This document shows, in pieces, positions 57,854-64,000 of a stretch of 64,000 bases of DNA. Position numbers and translations under genes: made by a program. Within the stretch, counting starts at the first letter, position 1. The number at the start of each line of letters is the position of its first letter. The DNA comes from Escherichia phage PECP14. The notes under the pieces were generated by a model that did no database searches, had not been told where the DNA came from, and saw nothing but the letters and a program-made list of their open reading frames with translations. The DNA lies in the sequence record OQ870555.1; one strand, 5' to 3'.

Positions 57854-58018
57854 ATGAAATTATTTCGCTTAAAAGTAAGTGATCTACGTTCTAGTAAAGA
57901 TCGTAAGAAGTATCTATTAGCCCATTACGGTAAAGATAAAAATGAAGTAATGGCGGAATTTGGTATTAATCATCCTTACTTGAAAGTCTACTCTATTAAA
58001 GAAGTATACATGTACTAA
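57854..58018 (+). CDS. hypothetical small protein (54 aa, not in supplied track)
   Basis: ATG at 57854 after GAAGGATTTCGAA; reads MKLFRLKVSDLRSSKDRKKY.... Confidence 0.35.
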   Translation: MKLFRLKVSDLRSSKDRKKYLLAHYGKDKNEVMAEFGINHPYLKVYSIKEVYMY

Positions 58019-58020
58019 AT

Positions 58021-58099
58021 AGATCGCTAGCTCAATTGGTTTAGCAGCACCCGGCTTTTAACCGGAAGGTTCTGGGTTCGAGTCCCAGGCGGTCTACCA
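58021..58099 (+). tRNA. tRNA-Lys (anticodon UUU)
   Basis: Acceptor AGATCGC/GCGGTCT, loop CTTTTAA, T-arm CTGGG-TTCGAGT-CCCAG, CCA. Confidence 0.7.
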
Positions 58100-58116
58100 A
58101 TTTAAAGGAATTTGTT

Positions 58117-58434
58117 ATGAATATTAACAAAGTTCTAGAAACAATATCAGAAATGTCTGGTAGAGCTGGAAAACGCTTTACTGAACTATGTATTAAAAAT
58201 CAAAAAGTACCAGAACATCAATGTCATTATTGTCGAGATTGTGAACAATACCATGAAATGTGTATGGTTGAAGATTGGGTCTGGAATCAGATAAGAAAAG
58301 AACAACCCAAAGATATTGTTCTATGTTTTACTTGTATGGAACGACGTTTAGGACGTAAAATTACTCTTAAAGATCTTAAACATGTTCCCTGTAACGCTCC
58401 TTACTTCATTGGCTTTAGAATGGAGAGATTTTAA
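58117..58434 (+). CDS. hypothetical Cys-rich protein (possible zinc-binding)
   Basis: 105 aa; CHYCRDCEQYHEMC...CFTCMERR; RBS AAAGGAA. Confidence 0.5.
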   Translation: MNINKVLETISEMSGRAGKRFTELCIKNQKVPEHQCHYCRDCEQYHEMCMVEDWVWNQIRKEQPKDIVLCFTCMERRLGRKITLKDLKHVPCNAPYFIGFRMERF

Positions 58435-58567
58435 TGACTATCTGGTTTTACTTAATGAAGCAGAAAATAAAAGATCCCTATGTATTCTCTGCCGATTTTA
58501 CAATAGGTATGTTTATAGCAGGTTTCTGTGAATTTGTAGTTGAAGCCTACATTATAGGAAGTCTTTT

Positions 58568-58641
58568 GCTCGGTTAGTTTAATGGGAGAACCCCGTCTTT
58601 ACACGGCGGTTGCGATAGTTCGATTCTATCACCGAGTACCA
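58568..58641 (+). tRNA. tRNA-Val (anticodon UAC)
   Basis: Acceptor GCTCGGT/ACCGAGT, anticodon arm CCGTC-TTTACAC-GGCGG, T-arm GATAG-TTCGATT-CTATC, CCA. Confidence 0.7.
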
Positions 58642-58660
58642 ATTAACTCAAAATAAGGAA

Positions 58661-59020
58661 TTGCAAATGCAATTATCAAGCAAGGTTCAAGGCTATTTCG
58701 GACATGTAACAATGGAGTTCGCTATCTCTAAAGGTTGGGACTTCGAACAAGATTTAGCTGAGTTCTACAAAGATATTGATCTGAACGTACCGTACATGGG
58801 ACTCTCAACTGGTCAAGAGATCACAGAAGCCGACGTGTTCAAGGCAAGTCAAGGTGAGGTAACACCTAGTTTTGCCGAGTTCTGGTTAGGTATCACACTG
58901 AAAGAAGATGCACCGGATAGTGGAGTACTAATGACTAGTATGCACTCTGGAAGCTCTGATTACCTTTTCGTTAGTGACGTTAAGGAAATACAAGAAATCT
59001 GCAAAAATGTACTTGCTTGA
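58661..59020 (+). CDS. hypothetical protein (TTG start per track; ATG 6 nt downstream)
   Basis: 119 aa ORF with RBS AAGGAATTG. Confidence 0.5.
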   Translation: MQMQLSSKVQGYFGHVTMEFAISKGWDFEQDLAEFYKDIDLNVPYMGLSTGQEITEADVFKASQGEVTPSFAEFWLGITLKEDAPDSGVLMTSMHSGSSDYLFVSDVKEIQEICKNVLA

Positions 59021-59041
59021 TGCTTAATTTCTTGTTATAAT
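59013..59041 (+). promoter_or_regulatory. early promoter module directing transcription into an ORF-free 0.36-kb segment
   Basis: TTGCTT-17 nt-TATAAT; overlaps the stop codon of the upstream gene. Confidence 0.6.
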
Positions 59042-59401
59042 ATTTATATAAATTGATGTGAAAATAGCTGCCTAGATATTAGGTGTATGACGTCTACACT
59101 AGCAGAGCTACCGAAAAAAGAGATCCTCAGGATAAACGCCGTAGCAAAATTAGTCTGATATCCATCAATTTAGTTCACTAAGGTATTAGCTCGACCTAGG
59201 ACTGGCTGCCAAAAAGCACGGTTGCAATTAGACCCATAATGGCGGGGGATACTTTGCAAGAAGTTCTAGATTAGTCCACTAGATTCAGCGGCAACTGAAT
59301 AGTGTATCGGGTTTGTGGAGAGCGGTTATCCTCTACTGGCTAATGTCTGAGGGTAATACGCACACCGAGCTAATAGCCTTAGTAAACTAGAAGGAATATC
59401 T

Positions 59402-59665
59402 ATGTTTGATCTTAAAGATATGGCTAAGAAACTAATGTCGCAACGTTATCAACAAAGAACCCTCCATAAACGAGTTTCCGATATGAAGAAACGTTGCAAT
59501 AATGCTAAGTATTATAATAGTCTTAATAAACTATCTGATATAGATCTTGCTAAAACTGAAGCAATATATAATCACTTAGTAGTAGAATCTGATATAGTGA
59601 ATAAAGATATTGCTAGGCTAGAAGCTCAGATTGTAGCAACTGTTCTCGATATGTATAGAGAATAA
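59402..59665 (+). CDS. hypothetical coiled-coil protein
   Basis: 87 aa ORF with RBS GAAGGAATATCT. Confidence 0.5.
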   Translation: MFDLKDMAKKLMSQRYQQRTLHKRVSDMKKRCNNAKYYNSLNKLSDIDLAKTEAIYNHLVVESDIVNKDIARLEAQIVATVLDMYRE

Positions 59666-59674
59666 ATAAATTTT

Positions 59675-59753
59675 GGGGAATGGGTCTGCATGGAGTGGAC
59701 ACCTCGCTTGCACCGAGGACATCAGAACGGTTCGATTCCGTTATTCTCCACCA
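59675..59753 (+). tRNA. tRNA-Ala (anticodon UGC)
   Basis: Acceptor GGGGAAT/ATTCTCC with G3-U70, anticodon arm CCTCG-CTTGCAC-CGAGG, T-arm AACGG-TTCGATT-CCGTT, A73, CCA. Confidence 0.75.
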
Positions 59754-59759
59754 AAATTC

Positions 59760-59835
59760 GGGGTCATAGGTTATTTGGTTAAACTTACTGCCTTGCAAGC
59801 AGTGGAACTCAGTTCAATTCTGAGTGACTCCACCA
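59760..59835 (+). tRNA. second tRNA-Ala-like (anticodon UGC), divergent sequence
   Basis: Acceptor GGGGTCA/TGACTCC also with G3-U70, anticodon arm ACTGC-CTTGCAA-GCAGT, T-arm CTCAG-TTCAATT-CTGAG, A73, CCA. Confidence 0.65.
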
Positions 59836-59854
59836 AACAAATTAAGGAAATAAT

Positions 59855-60073
59855 ATGGTATTCTTAGCAGCCTCTGTAGTTCTTGCAGCTTTAGCACTAG
59901 CTATCTATTTTAGAACTATTAAAGATTTAGCTAAAGAAAAGAAAACTTTCTTTACTGATTATTCTTGGGGCGCTCCATATACCGTCCGCTTTATCAGCTT
60001 AGAAGCTATGCTGATAATGGTATTCAGTGGTATAGGTTCCGTTGTTACAGGGTTACTATTTATTTCTAACTAA
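59855..60073 (+). CDS. hypothetical small membrane protein
   Basis: 72 aa; two hydrophobic segments; RBS AAGGAAATAAT. Confidence 0.5.
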   Translation: MVFLAASVVLAALALAIYFRTIKDLAKEKKTFFTDYSWGAPYTVRFISLEAMLIMVFSGIGSVVTGLLFISN

Positions 60074-60080
60074 ATAAAAT

Positions 60081-60161
60081 GGGGATGTGGCGAAATTGGC
60101 AGACGCGCTAGATTTAGGTTCTAGTCTTCGGGTGTGGGTTCGAGTCCCTCCATCCCTACCA
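60081..60161 (+). tRNA. tRNA-Leu (anticodon UAG)
   Basis: Acceptor GGGGATG/CATCCCT, anticodon arm CTAGA-TTTAGGT-TCTAG, about 9-nt variable region, T-loop TTCGAGT, CCA. Confidence 0.65.
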
Positions 60162-60335
60162 AACATTGGATTAACTCATGATGAAAACTCCTATAACTGA
60201 TATCTGGTTAGCTGTTAATACATTAACTAAAGAGTATGTGTTTATAGAGTATGGTCAGAGGTATGACCAAAAGATGTATAATCTCATACTTCCAGTATCC
60301 GCTAATGAAGTTTATGATTTAATCCTGAGATCTAC

Positions 60336-60426
60336 GGAAGAGCAAATCGATTAGGTGACGAAAACCACTTGGAAAGTGGCTGACTGGTAAAACGGCTTGA
60401 GAGTTCGAATCTCTCTTCTTCCGCCA
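60336..60426 (+). tRNA. tRNA-Ser (anticodon GGA), class II
   Basis: Acceptor GGAAGAG/TTCTTCC, loop TTGGAAA, long variable arm, T-arm GAGAG-TTCGAAT-CTCTC, CCA; 5' end overlaps a sub-60-aa ORF. Confidence 0.6.
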
Positions 60427-60433
60427 AACAACT

Positions 60434-60523
60434 GGAAGGTAGGACATAGTGGTATGTAACAGGTCTTGAAAACCTGCCCGCTGTAGCGATATGGTGATGG
60501 TTCGACTCCATTACCTTCCTCCA
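60434..60523 (+). tRNA. tRNA-Ser (anticodon UGA), class II
   Basis: Acceptor GGAAGGT/ACCTTCC, anticodon arm CAGGT-CTTGAAA-ACCTG, long variable arm, T-arm GATGG-TTCGACT-CCATT, CCA. Confidence 0.75.
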
Positions 60524-60541
60524 ACTAATAAGGAAAACCTT

Positions 60542-60745
60542 ATGAAACACATTGTTAAGTATACCGAAAGCGAACGTGGCTGGGGTGGTGAAATCTGGTA
60601 TCGTCCATTTGACACCGAGGCCGAAGCCTTGATGGAAGTTAATGATGTAAATAAAGATCTACCTAAAGATCATGTGCCAACATACTACATCCAAGCTGAG
60701 TATATTGGTGTTAAGGATAAGGTTCCCGAAGGTTACAAGTTTTAA
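60542..60745 (+). CDS. hypothetical protein
   Basis: Track ORF (from 60491) begins inside tRNA-Ser; ATG at 60542 (MKHIVKYTES) follows RBS AAGGAAAACC. Confidence 0.5.
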   Translation: MKHIVKYTESERGWGGEIWYRPFDTEAEALMEVNDVNKDLPKDHVPTYYIQAEYIGVKDKVPEGYKF

Positions 60746-60749
60746 ATAA

Positions 60750-61064
60750 TTCTTGAAGTATGCCGGAATCGGTAGACGGGGCTTCCTAAAGGGCGTAAGG
60801 GGAACATCCACTCCTCATAAGATACCCGAAAACGAGGCTGAGATAAATGGTCTATCTCGTGAAGGTTCAAGTCCTTCTGCTTCTTGATACATCAATGGCT
60901 CAAAGAGTAACGGTGCACCTTTCTAGAGAATTTCCTGGGCGAGAATCCAGGTGTAATCAACTAGTTGTTAGTGTGATGAGTTTCGGAGAGCCGCCACAAT
61001 TGAAGTCTTTAGAATGGGTATCGCCCTTTAGCCCCTCCGAAAGGGATAACTAGAGATTTCAATT
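60750..61064 (+). other. ORF-poor structured segment with an orphan T-arm-like hairpin and a 12-bp inverted repeat abutting tRNA-His
   Basis: GAAGG-TTCAAGT-CCTTC at 60861-60877 with no matching acceptor or CCA; arms GCCACAATTGAA (60993-61004) and TTCAATTGTGGC (61058-61069) separated by 53 nt; the 3' arm overlaps tRNA-His. Confidence 0.35.
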
Positions 61065-61141
61065 GTGGCTATATCATAATTGGTTAATGATCCTGATTGT
61101 GAATCAGGCCTATGTGGATTCGAATTCCACTAGCCACCCCA
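61065..61141 (+). tRNA. tRNA-His (anticodon GUG)
   Basis: Acceptor GTGGCTA/TAGCCAC, anticodon arm CCTGA-TTGTGAA-TCAGG, T-arm GTGGA-TTCGAAT-TCCAC, CCA. Confidence 0.8.
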
Positions 61142-61148
61142 AATATTG

Positions 61149-61222
61149 CGTCCTTATTTCAATGGAAAGAATGTAAAGCTACGAACTTTACGATCGGGGT
61201 TCGATTCCCTGAGGATGCACCA
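61149..61222 (+). tRNA. tRNA-Arg (anticodon ACG)
   Basis: Acceptor GCGTCCT/AGGATGC, anticodon arm TAAAG-CTACGAA-CTTTA, T-arm CGGGG-TTCGATT-CCCTG, CCA. Confidence 0.75.
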
Positions 61223-61246
61223 ATTAACTTATATAGGAACTAAAAT

Positions 61247-61447
61247 ATGGCTGATTTCTGCAAAGAATGCTCTATCGATATGTGGGGCAAAGATACTGGT
61301 GATCTTTCTGGTCTGATTACAGAAGCCGAAGTTAAAGAAGGCTATGGTGCTGTTGTAATCTGTGAAGGTTGTGGTATTATTCGTGTTGATCATAATGGTA
61401 AACGTCTAGAAGAACCAGATCCAATTGCCACGGTTCCTGTAGAATAA
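61247..61447 (+). CDS. hypothetical small Cys-containing protein
   Basis: 66 aa; CKEC...CEGCG; RBS ATAGGAAC. Confidence 0.5.
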   Translation: MADFCKECSIDMWGKDTGDLSGLITEAEVKEGYGAVVICEGCGIIRVDHNGKRLEEPDPIATVPVE

Positions 61448-61454
61448 AAATTAT

Positions 61455-61530
61455 TGGGATGTAGATCAATTGGCAGATCGTCGGCCTCTGACTCCGAAGG
61501 TTCCACGTTCGATCCGTGGCATCCCAGCCA
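61455..61530 (+). tRNA. tRNA-Gln (anticodon CUG)
   Basis: Acceptor TGGGATG/CATCCCA with U1-A72, loop CTCTGAC, T-arm CCACG-TTCGATC-CGTGG, CCA. Confidence 0.7.
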
Positions 61531-61536
61531 AATACT

Positions 61537-61612
61537 TGGAGAGTAGTGTAACGGTTAGCACAACGGCCTTTGACTCCGTTAATGGTAGGTTCGATTCCTC
61601 CTTCTCCAGCCA
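61537..61612 (+). tRNA. tRNA-Gln (anticodon UUG)
   Basis: Acceptor TGGAGAG/TTCTCCA with U1-A72, loop CTTTGAC, T-loop TTCGATT, CCA. Confidence 0.7.
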
Positions 61613-61618
61613 ATTTAT

Positions 61619-61693
61619 GCGTGATTAGTTCAGTGGCTAGAATAACTGGCTTCCAACCAGTAGACACGAGTTCGACTCTCGTATCCCGCACCA
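61619..61693 (+). tRNA. tRNA-Gly (anticodon UCC)
   Basis: Acceptor GCGTGAT/ATCCCGC, anticodon arm ACTGG-CTTCCAA-CCAGT, T-arm ACGAG-TTCGACT-CTCGT, CCA. Confidence 0.75.
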
Positions 61694-61709
61694 AATATAA
61701 GGAAACGTT

Positions 61710-61931
61710 ATGCACGTTTTTGAGTTTCGTAATAAAAACCCTAATAGACGAGTTTTAATTATTGGTGAAACATATCGAGCTTATGAGCAAGAAGATGGTT
61801 CGGTTTTATTAAATGATGAAAAGCAAGGCTATAGTTTTCATCCAGAAGAAACATATGAGGAATTTCGTACTAAGTTTCTTTTACCAGACTGGCTAGCAAT
61901 AGCTGAGCAAAGAGAACCCGAAGATGGCTGA
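61710..61931 (+). CDS. hypothetical protein
   Basis: 73 aa ORF with RBS AAGGAAACGTT. Confidence 0.5.
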   Translation: MHVFEFRNKNPNRRVLIIGETYRAYEQEDGSVLLNDEKQGYSFHPEETYEEFRTKFLLPDWLAIAEQREPEDG

Positions 61932-62098
61932 TAATCTAAAGCTAAAGGTAGATAAACAAATGAAGTGCGTTGAGGTTGAGTTGGGTGAAGAACGTTTAAA
62001 ACTCTCCTTCGAATTCTTACAACAGTTGGCTATGACAGTAATGTCTGATAAGTCTCCTGTATTTGAAAAAGAAATTCCGTTGAAATAACGGGTTTATT

Positions 62099-62173
62099 GC
62101 TCCTAAAGCATTGCTGGCAATGCAGTTGCCTTGTAAGCATCTGAACCGGGTTCGATTCCTGGTGGGAGCACCA
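62099..62173 (+). tRNA. tRNA-Thr (anticodon UGU)
   Basis: Acceptor GCTCCTA/TGGGAGC, loop CTTGTAA, T-arm CCGGG-TTCGATT-CCTGG, CCA; one mismatch in the anticodon stem. Confidence 0.65.
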
Positions 62174-62188
62174 AATTTAAAAATTCAT

Positions 62189-62217
62189 TTGCCTTCTCTC
62201 TTATTTCTTGTTATAAT
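62189..62217 (+). promoter_or_regulatory. early promoter module
   Basis: TTGCCT-17 nt-TATAAT, then ..TATAAATTAATGAGAGGGAAGGCAA-ATG. Confidence 0.6.
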
Positions 62218-62247
62218 ATTTATATAAATTAATGAGAGGGAAGGCAA

Positions 62248-62541
62248 ATGAAACGTTATCTTTCTGTCGTATTCCAAACGGGTGGTCAACGCTACACTTA
62301 CGAATTTCCTGAGTCTTGGAAAATCAAAGAGGGTGATCAAGTTGTTGTGCTAACACCTCGTGAAGGCTTCAAAGTAGTAACGGTTAAACAAGTATTTCCA
62401 AAAGATCACGAACCATCTAAGTCTATTAACTATAAGATGATTCATGGTCTGGTACGAAAAGTACCTAGAACAGAAGTCGAAGTAGATAAAACTGGAGAAG
62501 CTAAATACCAGTATACCTCTTACTTAGACGAAATGATGTAA
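62248..62541 (+). CDS. hypothetical protein
   Basis: 97 aa ORF downstream of a promoter module. Confidence 0.5.
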   Translation: MKRYLSVVFQTGGQRYTYEFPESWKIKEGDQVVVLTPREGFKVVTVKQVFPKDHEPSKSINYKMIHGLVRKVPRTEVEVDKTGEAKYQYTSYLDEMM

Positions 62542-62542
62542 T

Positions 62543-62618
62543 GCTCCGATAGTTCAAACGGTTAGAACAGGCGACCGATAATCATCAAATCTTGGTTCGA
62601 TCCCAAGTCGGAGTACCA
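62543..62618 (+). tRNA. tRNA-Ile-like (anticodon GAU), C at position 33 in my fold
   Basis: Acceptor GCTCCGA/TCGGAGT, loop CCGATAA, T-arm CTTGG-TTCGATC-CCAAG, CCA; anticodon stem has one mismatch. Confidence 0.55.
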
Positions 62619-62624
62619 AATTAT

Positions 62625-62700
62625 AGTTAGTTGGCAGAGTGGTTATGCACCTCCTTCATACGGAGTGACTACAGTGGTTCAAATCCACTACTAACTACTA
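62625..62700 (+). tRNA. tRNA with CAU anticodon, copy 3; 3'-CCA not encoded
   Basis: Acceptor AGTTAGT/ACTAACT, loop TTCATAC, T-arm AGTGG-TTCAAAT-CCACT; sequence after the discriminator is CTA. Confidence 0.6.
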
Positions 62701-63069
62701 AACAGAGGATCAGGTCATTGTACCAGATCCTGCTGAGAAGAGAGTCCACATTCTATAAATGCCCGGGCGTGACAGCAGGAAGTAGACTGCAACTCCATGC
62801 TATCCAGGAGTATAAATGTAGAAGCTAGGACTTTAGATAGACATTGTCTTAGCGTGAGCAATCACGTAGTTGCAACAGACCTGGAAGATCGCAACGTTAA
62901 AATCAAAGTTCCAGTGCTTATTTATCTAATCGAGACCATCAATCTCACCGGAATGCTAGCACCCCAACAGTAGCTAGTGATTAGATAATAAGCAAGCCTG
63001 CCTTCCAGTTTTTATCTTGCTTCTGGGTTAACAAAAAGCTGAGCCAAATTCTAACATCAGGGAGATCTA

Positions 63070-63438
63070 ATGAAAGCATATCAAAGTCTTAAGTCTGGCG
63101 TAATTAACATTGTTCATAACAATCAGATCATTCAACTATATTCTAAAGATGGTGAACTTAAACAGAAAGTTCTAGTCGAAGATCTAGAAGGTATCACACC
63201 TCACTTTGACCCTGAGGCCTTTCGCATTGTAGATGTGGAAGTGGTTCCTCAAGTCGAGGGTGGTCAGCACCTAAATGTCAATGTGTTAAGCCGTGATCAG
63301 CTTTTGGATGCACAGAAACATCCTGAAAAATATCCTCAGTTGACCATCCGTGTCTCTGGCTATGCTGTTCGATTTAACGCATTGACGCGTGAACAACAGA
63401 ACGACGTTATTAGTCGTACATTTACTCAGGCGATATAA
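63070..63438 (+). CDS. hypothetical protein
   Basis: 122 aa ORF with RBS AGGGAGATCTA. Confidence 0.5.
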   Translation: MKAYQSLKSGVINIVHNNQIIQLYSKDGELKQKVLVEDLEGITPHFDPEAFRIVDVEVVPQVEGGQHLNVNVLSRDQLLDAQKHPEKYPQLTIRVSGYAVRFNALTREQQNDVISRTFTQAI

Positions 63439-63519
63439 TGGGGTTTGGATACGATTTCTCCCAGCTACGCAAGGTAGTCGAGCAAACTCCATTTATCTCC
63501 CAAGTTTTAGGAGAAATGT

Positions 63520-63813
63520 GTGGATCGAGCATTAAGACGCCATCACCGGCAACGTGTGAAAAACAATCGCAAGAAGTATTGGACAGTCTTCCCACATGAA
63601 GAAAGCCCTAAGCGGTTAGGCATTATCACTACCACTCCTTGCATCTGTTCTTGTTGGATGTGTGGGAATCCTCGCAAATACCATAAGAATAGTAAAGCAG
63701 GCATGAAAATCTCGGAGATTAAAAAGATGGATGCAATGATCTTAGGTATCGGATACGGCGAAGGTATTTCAAATGATGAATTTGATGGCTTCGTAGGTTT
63801 CGGTGAAGGTTAA
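63520..63813 (+). CDS. hypothetical basic, Cys-containing protein
   Basis: 97 aa; basic N-terminus RRHHRQRVKNNRKKY; CICSCWMCGNPRKYHK. Confidence 0.5.
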   Translation: MDRALRRHHRQRVKNNRKKYWTVFPHEESPKRLGIITTTPCICSCWMCGNPRKYHKNSKAGMKISEIKKMDAMILGIGYGEGISNDEFDGFVGFGEG

Positions 63814-63822
63814 TTAATAACA

Positions 63823-63858
63823 AACCCCAGCTATTGAATAAGTAGTCTGGGGTTTTCT
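63823..63858 (+). terminator. rho-independent terminator
   Basis: AACCCCAG-(16-nt loop)-CTGGGGTT followed by TTCTTG. Confidence 0.6.
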
Positions 63859-63877
63859 TGTATATAGGATTTTCGAA

Positions 63878-64000
63878 ATGAAAATTTTTAAAGTGAACTA
63901 TAGCGGCCTGTGGTTAGGTGGTACAGCTATTGTTGTTGCGGAAACTGCGGAAGAAGCAATCGAACTGGCTAGAAACCATAGAAGTTCTATAGAATTCGAG
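63878..64000 (+). CDS. hypothetical protein, 3'-partial (runs off the window end)
   Basis: ATG at 63878 after TTTCGAA; open to position 64000. Confidence 0.4.
   Translation, partial: MKIFKVNYSGLWLGGTAIVVAETAEEAIELARNHRSSIEFE

Noticed and set aside
60847-61053. Track ORF 60847..61053 (68 aa).
   Set aside because: It runs through a T-arm-like hairpin and a long inverted repeat and ends inside tRNA-His flanking structure; more likely non-coding.
41072-62217. Reiterated roughly 60-bp units at irregular spacing, which could superficially resemble a CRISPR array or mobile-element terminal repeats.
   Set aside because: Spacing is gene-length and irregular, each unit has -35/-10/RBS anatomy and precedes a start codon or tRNA; they are promoter modules. 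No CRISPR array, transposase or integrase was seen.

Overview
This window reads as a contiguous piece of a T5-like (Tequintavirus-type) siphophage genome. Everything here is manual reading of the sequence and the supplied ORF track; no database search, tRNA scan or RNA fold was run, and tRNA coordinates are hand-folded (about +/-2 nt). Layout: (1) 1-7061, plus strand: tail module with a 5'-partial baseplate/tail protein, a 140-aa tail protein and two tandem L-shaped tail-fibre genes, each ending in an intramolecular-chaperone domain, closed by a bidirectional terminator. (2) 7098-34129, minus strand: replication/recombination module (dUTPase, flap endonuclease, SbcCD-like nuclease pair, SF2 helicase, family-A DNA polymerase, primase, DnaB-like helicase, split NAD-dependent ligase, large Walker-A ATPase, Sir2-family protein, anaerobic RNR NrdD). 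(3) 34482-47193, plus strand: nucleotide metabolism and early genes (PhoH, NrdA, HNH endonuclease, NrdB, DHFR, ThyA, RNase H, DEDDh exonuclease, secreted SleB-like hydrolase, YqeY-like protein). (4) 47195-63813: tRNA island with about 30 tRNA genes, many small ORFs, a NadR-PnuC NAD+ salvage pair, an SPFH protein, and a minus-strand pair of low-complexity proteins. A near-identical strong promoter module (TTGCTT/TTGCTA, 17 bp, TATAAT, then an AT-rich leader and GAGAGG-type RBS) recurs at least 17 times. The most unusual items are an ORF-free, promoter-driven 0.83-kb segment ending at tRNA-Arg (candidate large structured RNA), several ORF-free or tRNA-like segments in the tRNA island, the phage-encoded NAD+ salvage pair, and several tRNAs that fold atypically by hand.
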